Origin: Squalus acanthias
Taxonomy: Eukaryota
DNA: 64,000 nucleotides
Reading direction: 5' to 3'
Assembly (NCBI GenBank): GCA_030390025.1
Contig: CM059431.1
Location: 102,922,001-102,986,000, forward strand
Shown: one piece after another, positions 12,690 through 24,500 of the stretch
Position numbering within the stretch: position 1 is the stretch's first letter
Layout: each line of letters starts with the position of its first letter
Notes under the pieces: model-generated
Told to the model about the DNA's origin: nothing
The model's database searches: none
Seen by the model: only the letters and a program-made list of their open reading frames with translations
Position numbers and translations under genes: made by a program

Positions 12690-13502
12690 AATGTTTCAGT
12701 AAGTGGTCAATCTGTGGAACAAACTCCCTCGGGGCAGTTAGCGTTGATTCATTCAAATGGGAATTGGATAGATTTCTCTCAGAAAATAACATTTTCAGAT
12801 ATTTTCTTTGCCCAAAGTTGGTTCACACTTGCAGAATTTGGATTCCAACTTGGCTGTAAGAATCCAAATCCTGTATTCTCATTTTGTCGTGTTTTTCAGT
12901 TATTTTTTGTCTTGGGTTGTCCATCCTGACTTTATTTTTCTCCACTGTTAACTCTTCTCTCTGTACATATAGAGAGAGATGGTATCCTGTAGCTTATCAT
13001 TCTAATTTACCCTTGGACTCAGTGGTAATGTTACCAGACTGCACAAATGTGCATTGTTATTATATTTGTTAAGCAGGGAGATCTATTGCGGTAGGACAGG
13101 CTCATTTTGCTTGCAGGTAACAGTTGGGTTACATTTTTTTACAGTTGTACTGTTCCTTCATCATCGCTGGGTCAAAATCCTGGAACTCCCTCCCTAACAT
13201 CACTGTGGGAGTACCTTCACCACACGGACTGCAGCGGTTCAAGAAGGCGGTTCACCACCACCTTCTCAAGGGGCAACTAGGGATGGGCAATAAATACTGG
13301 CCTAGCCAGCGACGCCCACATCCCGTTAATGAATTAAAAAATCCTCTTTCTTTCTATAATGTGTTGTTCTGTAGACGGGTCATTGAATATGTGAAGGAAA
13401 CTACAATGGAAACATATGATAAGGTTTGCAAACCTACCCCGATATGTGATTTGTCTTTGGCCGAGTGCTCCTACAAGCTGTTACCTTGGGAAAACTTTTC
13501 AA

Positions 13503-13980
13503 GTGTCAGCTGTGGCTCAGTGGGTCGCCCTCTCGCCTATTGAGTCAGAAGGTTGTGGGTTCACAATCCCACTCCATGGGACTTGAGCACATAAAGCTAG
13601 GCTGACACTCCAGTGCAGTGCTGAGGGAGTGCTGCACTGTCGGAGGTGCCGTCTTTCAGATGAGACGTTAAACCGAGGCCCCGTCTGCTCTCTCAAGTGG
13701 ATGTAAAAGATCCCATGGCACTATTTCGAAGAGCAGCAGGGGAGTTAGCCCCAGTGTCCTGGATCCAATATTTATCCCTCAATATATATCACTAAAGCAG
13801 ATTATCTGGTCATTATCACATTGCTGTGTGGGAGCTTGCTGTGCGCAAATTGGCTGCTGCGTTTCCTACATTACAACAGTGACTGCACTTTAAAAAAAGT
13901 ACTTCATTGGCCATAAATCGCTTTGGGACGTCCGGTGGTCCTGAAAGGCGTGATAGAAATGCAAGTCTTTCTTTCTTTCA
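13503..13980 (+). mobile_element. Deu-domain tRNA-derived SINE (SacSINE1/AmnSINE-like), full length
   Basis: A-box tggctcagtgg, B-box-like gggttcacaatccc, Deu core gctgcactgtcggaggtgccgtctttcagatgagacgttaaaccgagg...aaagatcccatggcact, L2-like tail ending (tctt)n. Confidence 0.88.
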
Positions 13981-15065
13981 TGTCCCCCCCCCACCACCCC
14001 AAATAAAATTGCCTTTAAATTATCATAGAATCGTGCAGCACGGAAGGAGGCCATAGATAACATAAAAGCTGCAAAGAATATACACAGATATCAGTAAGAA
14101 AAGTTCTGTTGCTACCCATGCAGAGCTGGGTTTACTGAGGGCACCTGTAGTTCAGGTCCACAGTCAGATTGGGTGTTTTGAACTTGGTCGTTTGACTCAG
14201 TTACAAACCGTGTTTCAGTGCTTCCAGGCTCCACTTTCATGTCTGGGAGCTCTGTGACATTAAGCTCCATTTTGACTTCTTGACTCTGGGCTCTGTGAAG
14301 GAGCTATCCAATTAGTCCCACTCCCCCTGCTTGTTCCCCCTAGCCCTGCAAATCTCTTTTCGCTTACTTCCTTTATTCTCTCTCCACCAGTTCTGGGGAT
14401 TAGGAACAAGTTCGGAATGATAATTTCCGTTGGCTGCGAACCAGGGAGGTCACTTCCTCAGCATTTCAGCCGTTGGCACAGAGAACAAATGGAAGCATTT
14501 CTCTTTAATTAACGGGCCTGCTAATGAAGTCGCACAAACGCACAGCTTGAAATGTACGATTTGCTGAGAATCAGATCCTCTTACCAGGTCGCTAATTACA
14601 GAGGGAAACAGACAGCCTCCTGGTTTTATTTTTTGCGTGAAAAGAGCTGTTTCACCCCCATGGGGTCTTCTCGAAGCTCAGTTTTACACCTTCTACTGAT
14701 CTCGTACAGAACTTCTCTCATTATTCTGCAAGTAAAACATGCAGTTCAATGGAACTGGAAAATAGGGGCATAATCGGAATCATATACACCAATATGATAC
14801 TGCGCTCAAATTAACCCTCTGGGGTCCACTTTGGTTCACCAGCACATTGTGCTCTCATATTCATTTCTGTTACTTGATTCCAAAAGCTCTGTATACATTT
14901 TGCAGAAGAACCCCTGTATACAAATGAACTCTCCACCAGCATGGCTGTGGGAATAAATAAGTGTGTAACGCATATTGTTCAGTAAAAGGCATAATTAAAC
15001 CAGGGTTTGCAATTGACTATTTTAATGTTGAACTTTAGTTACATTGCAATGATCATTTTTATTTA

Positions 15066-15282
15066 TGATGTGGAGATGCCGGTGTTGGACTGGGGTGGAC
15101 AAATGTGAGAAGTCGCACAACACCAGGTTATAGTCCAACAGCTTTATTTGAAATCACAAGCTTTCGGAGCGGCTGCTCCTTCGTCAGGTGAAGTGCTGAC
15201 GAAGGAGCAGCCGCTCCGAAAGCTTGTGATTTCAAATAAAGCTGTTGGACTATAACCTGGTGTTGTGCGACTTCTCACATTT
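15066..15282. mobile_element. Palindromic Penelope-like terminal remnant (two inverted hammerhead-bearing ends)
   Basis: 87-bp perfect inverted repeat 15101..15187 / 15196..15282; homologous to 31197..31325; 12-bp TSD catttttattta (15054, 15278). Confidence 0.92.
15154..15191 (-). ncRNA. Minimal type I hammerhead ribozyme motif
   Basis: UCAC-CUGACGA-A-GGAG/cagccg/CUCC-GAAA-GC-UU-GUGA. Confidence 0.75.
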
Positions 15283-15434
15283 TTATTTAGATCCAGGAAT
15301 CTATTTTTGTAAGCAGTCTTACTTTTATGGGTGTTGACTCACACTGCGCTATATTTACTTGTGCGGGGTGTAACAATATCAACATTGAGTTCAACAATTT
15401 CAGATCACAACCTCTGCCCCCATTTTCTCAGACA

Positions 15435-15770
15435 GCAGGTGCTGGCAGTGATTCTGCTGTTGCCATTTACACCTCCTCTAGACCCATCTTTTGTTTCTTT
15501 ACTTGTCCCATTACCGCCCCCTTTTGCCTCGCACCATCATCCCTTTTGTCTCTTAATCTCTCCTGCCTTCCATCCTATCACAGACCTTCCCTTTTGTTCT
15601 TTCCTCCCCTCTCCCCTTTCCCGCCCTCTGCACTTGCTTAAAAACCTGTTACATCTCTCACTTCTTCCAGTTCTGACGAAAGGGCATCGACCTGAAACGT
15701 TGACTCTGTTTCTCTCTCTCCGCAGATGCTGCCTGACCCGCCGAGCGTTTCCAGCATTTTCTGTTCTTAT
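15435..15770 (+). mobile_element. Penelope-derived family 2 element
   Basis: Pyrimidine-rich body, CTGACGA at 15673...GAAACGTT; matches 50..415 and 20511..20841. Confidence 0.75.
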
Positions 15771-16001
15771 TTGTAACAATGATATCCTCGTGTGACCTGA
15801 ACTGGATATTGGTGTCTTTCACACTGTGCGTTTCTTCAATTACTCTAAAGGCGGACCAAGTTCACACTTGGTGAGATGAGGTCTGATATGAATTTATGAG
15901 CTAATTCATAGGAACACAGGAACAGGAGGAGGCCATTCAGCCCCTCGAGCCTGTTCCGACATTCAATGAGCTCATGGCTGATCTGTATCCTAACTCCATT
16001 T

Positions 16002-16902
16002 GGGGGGAGAAATTCAGTATCGCCCCATTTGGGGCGCAAATATCGGCCGGGCGCAAAGATTAGCGCCTGGCGCTAATTATCGCCTCCGACTGCAAACTTG
16101 ACTTTTATCGCCCCTGGAGGTGATTGGGGCGCTAAATCAGGCTCGACTCATCTGTCTTAAGGCGCAAAGGCCGAGGAGCGAGGCGCTAACTCAGAGCGCT
16201 GGCGAAGCTCATGTGATGTCAATCAGCAATGGAACACAGACACAATGGCCCCGGCCAGTTCTTAAAGGGGAGGGTTGATCTTGCTTTCCATCCACATCCT
16301 GCTCATTGCAGCCTTGAATCTTGGCATGGAGAGACCTGTACAACAAATCTGCTGGAAAGAACAATGGAGAGACCCAGGGAAAGAGCTCAGAGTGCAGCCC
16401 CCATAGTCTCTTCTAAATCGATACAAGGAAGGGCAAATCAAAATGAACCTGCAAAGTGCTGCTCAATACTCAAAACTCCTTCACACAGCGTTGAATCTCT
16501 CCAGAAGTCTCTCTCTCTCTCTCTCTCTCTCAGAATGCATGGTTCAAAAATGTCACCAACAATAAAAGGCAGGAAGCGGTCGCCTTTAAATAGCGCTCCC
16601 CCAGTCCCTTCCTGACTGCAAAACGCTCCCCTCAACCTGTCGTTGCTAGCGGCAGGCGGTAAGGCAGGGGGCACCACTCAATATCCACTCCGGGGCGCTA
16701 CCGGGGCATTGCGCACTCGACTGACGTCACGATCTGCCGGCGCAAGAGATCGTGGCGGTAGTGTTTAGTGCCGCCGCAAAATGTCTAGTTAATTTCACGA
16801 GCGGCGCAAACATCGCCGCGCACAGGCGCTAGTTGCTTTGCGCCCCATTAGCGCCCTCTTAAGGCGCTAACGGGAGGCGCAACCAACTGAATTTCCCCCC
16901 CC
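16002..16902. mobile_element. MITE family B copy, inserted in a CR1 3' end (15907..17208, minus)
   Basis: Same TIRs and body as 10173..11060. Confidence 0.88.
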
Positions 16903-17211
16903 ATATCCCTTAATACCCTTGGCTAGCAAAAATCTATCGATCTCAGATTTAAAATGATTAATTGAGTTAGCAACTACTGCTTTTTGTAGGAGTGAGTTCT
17001 ACACTTCTATCACCCTTTGCGGGAAAAAGTGTTTCCTAATTTCTTTCCTGAATGGCCTGCCTCTGATTTTAAGGTCATGCCCCCTTGTCCTGGACTCCCC
17101 CACCAGTGGAAAAAGTTTCTCTCCATCTACCCTATCAATTCCTTTCAAAATCCTAAACGCCTCAATTAAATCACCTCTTAACCTTCCATATTCAAGCGAC
17201 TACAGGCATAA

Positions 17212-17669
17212 GTGTCAGCCGTGGCTCAGTTTGTAGCACCCTCACCTCTGACTCAAGAAGGTTGTGGGTTCAAGTCCCACTCCAGAGACTTGAGCACACA
17301 AATCTTGGCTGACACGCAAGTGCATAGTACTGCGGGAGTGCTGCACTGTCGGAGGTGCCGTCATTCGGATGAGATGTTAAACTGAGGCTCCGTCTGCTCT
17401 CTCGGGTAGATGTAAAAGATCCTATGGTGCTATTTCAAAAAAGATCAGGGGAGTTCTCCCTGGTGACCTGGGCCAATATTTATCCCTAAACCAACATCAC
17501 TAAAGGATGTGATCTGGTCATTATCACATTGCTGTTTGTGGGAGCTTGCTGTGTGCAAAATTGTCCACTGTGTTTCCTACATTACAACAGTGACTACACT
17601 TCAAAAGTACTTCATTGGCTGTAAAGTGCTTTGGGATGTCCTGAGGTCATGCAAGTCTTTCTTTCTTTC
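17212..17669 (+). mobile_element. Deu-domain SINE
   Basis: Colinear with 13503..13980; B-box ggttcaagtcc. Confidence 0.88.
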
Positions 17670-17740
17670 AATGCTCTGGTCTAAACTGCCCCCAGTGCTT
17701 GAGTCCAGGTGACAATATTCAGTTTGGTTCACGACTTGTT

Positions 17741-18225
17741 CTGCCCGTGTCCTATCTCGCACCAAGTCCCGTTCACCCATCACCTCAGTGCTCGCTGACC
17801 TACATTGGCTCCCGGTTAAGCAGCGCCTCGATTTCAAAATTTTCATCCTTGTTTTCAATTCCCTCCATGGCCTCGCCCCTCCCTATCTCTGTAATCTCCT
17901 TCAGCCCCACAACCGCCCCCCCCCAGAGATATCTGCACTCCTCTAATTCTGCCCTCTTGAGCATCCCTGATTATAATCGCTCAACCATTGGTGGCCGTGC
18001 CTTCTGTTGCCTAGGCCCTAAGCTCTGGAATTCCCTCTCTACCTCTTTTTCCTCCTTTAAGACGCTCCTTAAAACCTACCTCTTTGACCAAGCTTTTGGT
18101 CACCTGCCCTAATTTATCCTTATGTGGCTTGGTGTCAAATTTTTTGTCTTAAAATACGCCTGTGTAGCAACTTGGGACGTTTTACTACGTTAAAGGCGCT
18201 ATATAAATACAAGTTGTTGTTGTTG
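17741..18225 (+). mobile_element. L2 LINE 3' end
   Basis: RSTIGGRAFCCLGPKLWNSL, FKTLLKTYLF; ggcgctatataaatacaagttgttgttg tail. Confidence 0.9.
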
Positions 18226-18483
18226 TAGTGCTCGACTGTTCTGGCAGTCGAAAGGAAATTGGAACAATCCTTGATACAGTAAGGAACAAATGGACACGGG
18301 GTTCGGGACAGGAAGAAAGATGAAAATGGTTGGAACAAGCTGGATTGACTGAACAGCTCTTTTCTCCTCATGACAACACATCTAGTCTATCAATCGCATT
18401 TTTAAATAAGTTTTGATCCAAATTAGACTGCCCATTAAAAAGTTAAGACTCTTCAAAACTTGTTGTATTCAATAAATCTTAAT

Positions 18484-19256
18484 GGCCCATATTTTCCGAC
18501 CCCCACGGGTGCGTGCGAGGTGTGGACGCGCCCGTAGGGGCCGTGCAAGTGCCGGGTTTAGACATGTGAAGCGCACGCGCTGAAACCTGGAACTTGCGAT
18601 CTGTCGAGAGAAGTCTTGACAGATCCTCGCATGCCCAAGATAGGGCCTCCGCAGGTGGAGAGTTGCGCTATTTGCTCAACCTCCGCCCGCTGAAAGGCCG
18701 TGGAATTCTTACAACTGGTAAAAGCTGGCATAAGGCCTGCTTCTACCAGCAAAAGAGTTTTAAAAAATAGAAAAGTAAGATTTTATCACTCACTTATAAA
18801 TTAAAAATCCTGTTCAATAAGGTAAGTTTATATTAAGCCCTGTTAAAGCATATGAATTTTTTTTCCCAAAATTAAATTTTTGTTTAACATATTTAATTAA
18901 ATGCCATTTTAATTAATTTTATCTATGTAATGGTTTTTCTTTATTTAGTTCAGTGTGTTGGTGCATTTTTGCAGTCATCCCCATTCCTAGTTTTGACAGG
19001 TCTGTGCATATGGTACTGTCAAAAGTGTGAAGGGGGATTCCCTTCTTCCATTGGTTTGCCTGGCCCACGTGATCCCAGGGGGGGCTTGCGAACCGCCTGC
19101 GCCCCTGGGATACGCGGGCCTCTGCGCATTTCCAAGAGGAGAGGCCCCAGGATCAGAAGCCTCCGTATCTCCGGGACCAGCTGGTAGGTTCGTAGATTTT
19201 TTTGCCGATCGGAGACATCCGCCCGCAGGGAGCCTCCGATCGGAAATTCAGGGGCC
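18484..19256. mobile_element. MITE family A (opposite orientation)
   Basis: ggcccatattttccga ... tcggaaattcaggggcc; flanks aat/att. Confidence 0.85.
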
Positions 19257-20148
19257 ATTGCAAATGAAATGCTTGCGAATTTTAGCACATCAACAGTTGG
19301 GGAAAAAAAATCTTGCGTACAGAGGAATCTCTTTAAAGGTCACGTTCGCCCTCTTTACCTTACACTTTATTGTATTTGCGACACAACTTTAAGAACAAAT
19401 AGTTCCCACAAGATATGTCTCATTAAATGTACCTCCAGGAATTGATCTATTGCGCAAAAGACTAAGTGGTAAGTATTGAATGAATGTTTACTGGTTATTA
19501 CAATAATGATCACACATTCTGCAGTTAAAGCAGTTATGCGAAAGAACTGTAAATTTATTTCAAGAAGGTACAGTTTTAGAATCAACAGGCGGTGGGTCTC
19601 AAAGTGCCAAGAGGTGTCACGCTTCGATTAATCAGCCACTACACTATTTCAAAACTTTATTTTTGGTGCCATCTCTAATTATATGTGAAGCAGACTTGCA
19701 AAGGAAATTAATTAAACACAAGATCATTTAATACTTTAATACATTAACTTCATTAAATGTCAGCTATAGGGCACTGGCAGTCAGGCAGATTACTGCTGAT
19801 TCAATCCAGTTGCGCAACCGAACTATTGCTCCTTAGAGATTAACAGCAAATGTCATGAGGAAAAAGCAAAAAGCCTTCCGTGGCAGAAAGGATTACCACA
19901 ATGAAAAAAAAATCCCTCACCACCACCCCTTTGACCTCAAGTAGGCACATAGCCTCCGGAGAATCAGCAGATTAGAAGAGCTTTTTTTTTTCTCCCCGGG
20001 ACTAAACAGGTAAAGGTTTAACAGATCCTGAACACTTAATGCTGCGTAGACAGGGATTGCAAACCGCTCCTTCACTAGATAATCAAAATGGAATTATCGT
20101 ACAGGGAACGGTTGGATCATTCTTCACTTAGGGTAGCTTGTCTCACTT

Positions 20149-20927
20149 GTGTCTGCTGTGGCTCAGTGGGTAGTCACTCTCGCCTCAGAGTCAGAAGGTT
20201 GTGGGTTCAGAGTCCCACTCCAGGGCATTGTGCACATAAAGCTAGGAGTGCTGCACTGTCGGAGGTGCCGTCTTTCGGATGAGACGTTAAACCGAGGCCC
20301 TGTCTGCTCTCTCAGGTGGACGTAAAAGATCCCGTGGCACTATATCGAAGAAGAGTAGGGGAGTTATCCCTGGTGTCCTGGCCAATATTTAACCCTTAAC
20401 CAACATAAAAAACCCCAGATTATCTGGTCATTTATCTCATTGCTGTTTGTGGGGCCTTGCTGTGCGCAAATTGACTGCCGCATTTCCGACATTACAACAG
20501 TGACTACACTCTCTCACATGGCAGCTGTCGATCATTCTGCCATTGTCATTTAGAGTCATCTTTTGTTTCTTAACTTGTCCCATTACCATCTCCTTTTGCC
20601 TTGCACCATCATCCCTTTTGTCTCTTAATCTATCCTGCCTTCCATCCTATCACAGACCTTCCCTTTTGTTCTTTCCTCCCCTCCCCACTTTCCCTGTCCC
20701 TACACTTGCTTAAAAACCTGTTCCATCTCCAGCTTTTTCCAGTTCTGACGAAGGGTCATCGACCTGAAACGTTAACTCTGTTTCTCTCTCCACAGATGCT
20801 GCCTGACCTGCTGAGTATTTCCAGCATTTTCTGTTTTTATTTACTCCAAAAGTACTTCATTGGCTGGAAAGCGCTTTGAGACGTCCAGTGGTCGTGAAAG
20901 ACGCTATATAAATGCAAGTCTTTCTTT
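20149..20927 (+). mobile_element. Deu-domain SINE interrupted by a family 2 Penelope-derived element (20511..20841)
   Basis: SINE breaks after gtgactacact and resumes at actccaaaagtacttcattggc. Confidence 0.85.
20741..20777 (+). ncRNA. Minimal type I hammerhead ribozyme motif (family 2)
   Basis: AGUU-CUGACGA-A-GGGUC/auc/GACCU-GAAA-CG-UU-AACU. Confidence 0.72.
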
Positions 20928-20985
20928 AAATTATCACTGGTTCTTTGCATCTTTAGCTGCCCCGTTCCTACATGGCCCAGTTGAT

Positions 20986-21747
20986 GACCCGGATTTTTGC
21001 GGTGGTAATGACGGCGAAACTGCCAGCGTTCGCCGTCATTACTCCCCTGAAACTGATCGCAACTTCTGGATTCAGCGCACGTACAGATAAACGCGGAAAT
21101 GCTGAAGTTGCGGTCCGTCATTCCCTGCTCCACCACAGGTTGCGCTGTGGAACTCCCCGGAGCCGACAATCAATTCAAATCACAGTTCCTGACAAAAACT
21201 TCCCCTATTACGCTGGAATGTTGCTGTTAGACTCCCCCGGAAAAGTTAAGCGTTGTTGAAAGAGGTGTAACTGGATTTATAATGGCATAGTGACTGCTGA
21301 ACAACCGTTCTGGCCCTGAAAAACTAATTTTATATTTGTGGAAAGCTAAATTTTTCCATTAATATGATTAAGAATTATATTGTTTTTAAAATAATACATT
21401 TTTAAAAAGTTTGTTTATTATATTTCAGCTACTACCTTAATCCTATGTGCATGTCCCAATCTTTAATTCGCTCTCTGGAGCATTTATAAAAAGTAAATTA
21501 GAATCTGTGCATTTTACTTCCTGGTTTGCTGTCTGTGAGAATTCTTCAATGTGATTGGCTGCTCAGCCTACTTGATGACATCACTGTCGCTGGATGCTGG
21601 GGATTCGCTTGATTTGGCGCCAGATTCAAACTAAGTTCGGGAGAGCTGAAATTCACGCCACAGAAATCGTTAGATCTTTGTGGGCAGCTTTCTTCGAGAT
21701 CAGCGGCGTGCGCCATCGCTTCGCCGCTGACCGCAAATTCCGTGGCC
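20986..21747. mobile_element. MITE-like element
   Basis: gacccggatttttgcggt ... accgcaaattccgtggcc; GC arms and AT core. Confidence 0.7.
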
Positions 21748-22175
21748 TGTGTCTCTAGTCATTGTTCTTCTTCAGGCTGCATCCGCCTCGGAAAGGCTTT
21801 TGTGAATTCACTAATGACAAGTGCAAATATTTAGGGAGCTTTATTCCTTAGAAAAAACGTGTACTGCCAGAATGATGTGAACTTAAATTGCTATTTTAAA
21901 AACAATCTGGCTAACCTAAAAAAAACAGACTGAGAAGCTGAGGAACACAAGTTTAAAGTACTACAAGTACTAAATGGAGCAAAGTGCTCATACTGTATGT
22001 TACTGTTGAACAAATGGTTTTTCAATGATACAAATGAGTCGTAATGAATTACCTTTGCATATTGCTGATGCCGTGCCAGGGGTATATTTTCCTCTGGTTG
22101 GTTAATTTGAATGAAGAAAGTAGACGTGACTAAAACTGATTAAGGTCGATAGATCATATTAATCATAGATGCCAA

Positions 22176-24471
22176 GGGCTGGATTTTGATACTGAGGCGG
22201 GTTGGGGTTGTGTCATCCACTTTTCGTGTTATTCACCCGACTGCAATTGGATGTGGGAGATTGATGCAATTTTCACCTAATTGGGCAATTGAGTTCCAGC
22301 ATGTGGGAACCCATGAACCAATTAATGTTTTCAGTCTGAAAGTCGCCTCTGATGATGTCATCATTGCTGCTACTGTAGAATTCGCAAAATTATCGCGATT
22401 TTATAAAATAAGAAGGAGACATAAAGTTTCGTACAAACAGCTTTATTTCAGCAGAATGCTGTCAGGTTTCAAAACGGACACAAACAGCCTGCAAAATGGC
22501 CGCCACGCCTCGTGGCAGAAAGTTCTAGACTTTCAGTGGGCAGACAAGATGGCGTTCCAATAAACATTTGTGCAAGATCGTACAGGACTCAGCACATTTG
22601 AGATAATTGACAAGACATGATGGGTTTGCATTTTAAACATAAATACTGGAATCGGTCTCCCAGGTGCAAATAAGGGCTATTGTACCGAGCGATCAAGGAC
22701 CCATCCAAAGACATTAATATGCAAAATCCCCACGACTCTACGATGAGAGAGCCGTTTGCGGGTACTTACAGCAAGCATTTGGAAGCCCCAAAACCCCTCC
22801 AGGGAGACTACTAGCCGGTTCCACAATGGGAGAAGTATTAACGGGTACTCAGACAGTCACAAGTATCACCGAAACCCATTAAAGACGGAGATCACCCTAT
22901 ACAAGAAGTTTGAGCGCCAAAACCCTGACAAAAGATAGACATTAAGATTGGGCGGGAAAAGAGGAATTCCAGCACTATAACTGTCAGGTACAACCGTCCA
23001 TCTTTCTCTCTTCTTCTTGCGCTTGCTGCTTTGACTCGCTGGAAGGCTGCTGAACTTTTATTCTCTTGCCTGATGGCTCTGGACTCTGATCCGCTAGGAT
23101 CAACCTCGTGGCTTGCCGCGAAGATCTGTGGAGAACTGGGCTGTGAGGCCTAGAAGCGGGCGCACCATCCCGAGAAGTCGGTAAACGGTGTTGGAACCGA
23201 AGCCCCGAAAGGAGATGAGATGAGATGAGATGAGATGAGAAGAGAAGAAGACGACAATACGCATTGCCACGGTCAGTAAGCCCCGACCGCGCCTGTAAGT
23301 CGAATAAACACTTCTTTGAATTTTATCGGCTACTCCACAACTGGCCTAGGAAGACCCTTCTTTGAGTTCTACAGACAACTGGTGTAGGGCACAGGAAGAC
23401 TCTTTTTCGAGTAGTATCAGAACTCCGAGGGCAACACAGATCTTCATGACAGCAGACGGTCCAGCCTGCTAGCCGGAGCAGAAACGAGTAAACAAGTGGG
23501 GTACAGAGACCCCTGATCAACACGTGGATAGTCAGGTGCTGCGGTAAAAACATCCGAGCAGAGTTTCGGAATTCTCCGAGTTATCACGAGTGGTGAGCAT
23601 GAGTCTCGATCCTACAAATCTAGATTAGGACAGGTATTGATAGGGGAGGGTTTAAGTTTTAAGGATAATTATAATGTGTGTCCCCTTTTACGATGTGTCA
23701 TGCGCTCCTCGTTTCCCTAAAATTAGTTTCATAACTGTGTGTAAGATTGTACTGTCGTTAATCTGTGCTTATGACATGTATCTCGTAATCTTGAATAATA
23801 TGCAATAAAGATTTTCCATTTCGCACTATTCTACCGGGTCTACCTGAGTCTTTCTCTGCATTATTGCTCTCGCACCTAAGTCCAGTGTCAGAACCGTAAG
23901 GGCGAGTGGGTCGAACCACTCACAGGTGTCTAGTGTTACCAGGCTGGCTGGAGACCAGAACAGGCAACAAGGCCTAACCCCGCACTAGCACCCAGGCTAA
24001 GCACAGAGCTGCAGGTCACCCCTTACACTGCATTGAAGGTCTTCAGAGACTGCCTGGCCTTTGCTGTGAGAGGACCTGGATGCAAAATGAGCAGCAGCAG
24101 TCCTAAGTCTGCTCCCCACTCACAGAGAGAGAGAGAGAGAGAGAGAGAGATCTCCAGCCAGCCAGCCAAATGTGCTCCCGCCAGCTTTCACAATCGTGGT
24201 TCGGAACAGGCGTGCTTCACGTACAACAAGGGTTAAAATCACAAAGGCCTTTCAAAATGGCATTATAGAGCCAATTTAGTGCTTGTTAAGGGCCTTGACA
24301 GCCTATCCCGTCTCTTAAAGGCGGGACGCAGGCAGGACGAGCAGACACAATTTCATCAAAATTGCGTGGAGGCGGGATGGAGGCGGACTTGTGCCCGCCC
24401 GCCAGTTTTTGCAATTTTAACCCCCCACATGCCTCCAAACCCGCCTCCACGGGTCAATGAAAATCTAGCCC
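22176..24471. mobile_element. MITE with nested solo LTR
   Basis: TIR gggctggatttt / aaaatctagccc; 3-bp TSD caa. Confidence 0.75.
22374..24027 (+). mobile_element. Solo LTR (1654 bp)
   Basis: TGTA...TACA termini, flanks ctac/ctgc, TATA-like near 22976, AATAAA 23804; ends resemble LTR 44104..45844; (gatga)n inside. Confidence 0.8.
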
Positions 24472-24500
24472 CAAGTGTCCACGTTTTGCATAGACAGTGA

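Noticed and set aside
13503..13580. tRNA genes at SINE heads
   Set aside because: A/B boxes continue into SINE bodies; no complete cloverleaf.
14585..14725. 141-nt minus-strand exon with good splice sites
   Set aside because: All three frames contain stops; a non-coding exon cannot be supported from sequence alone.
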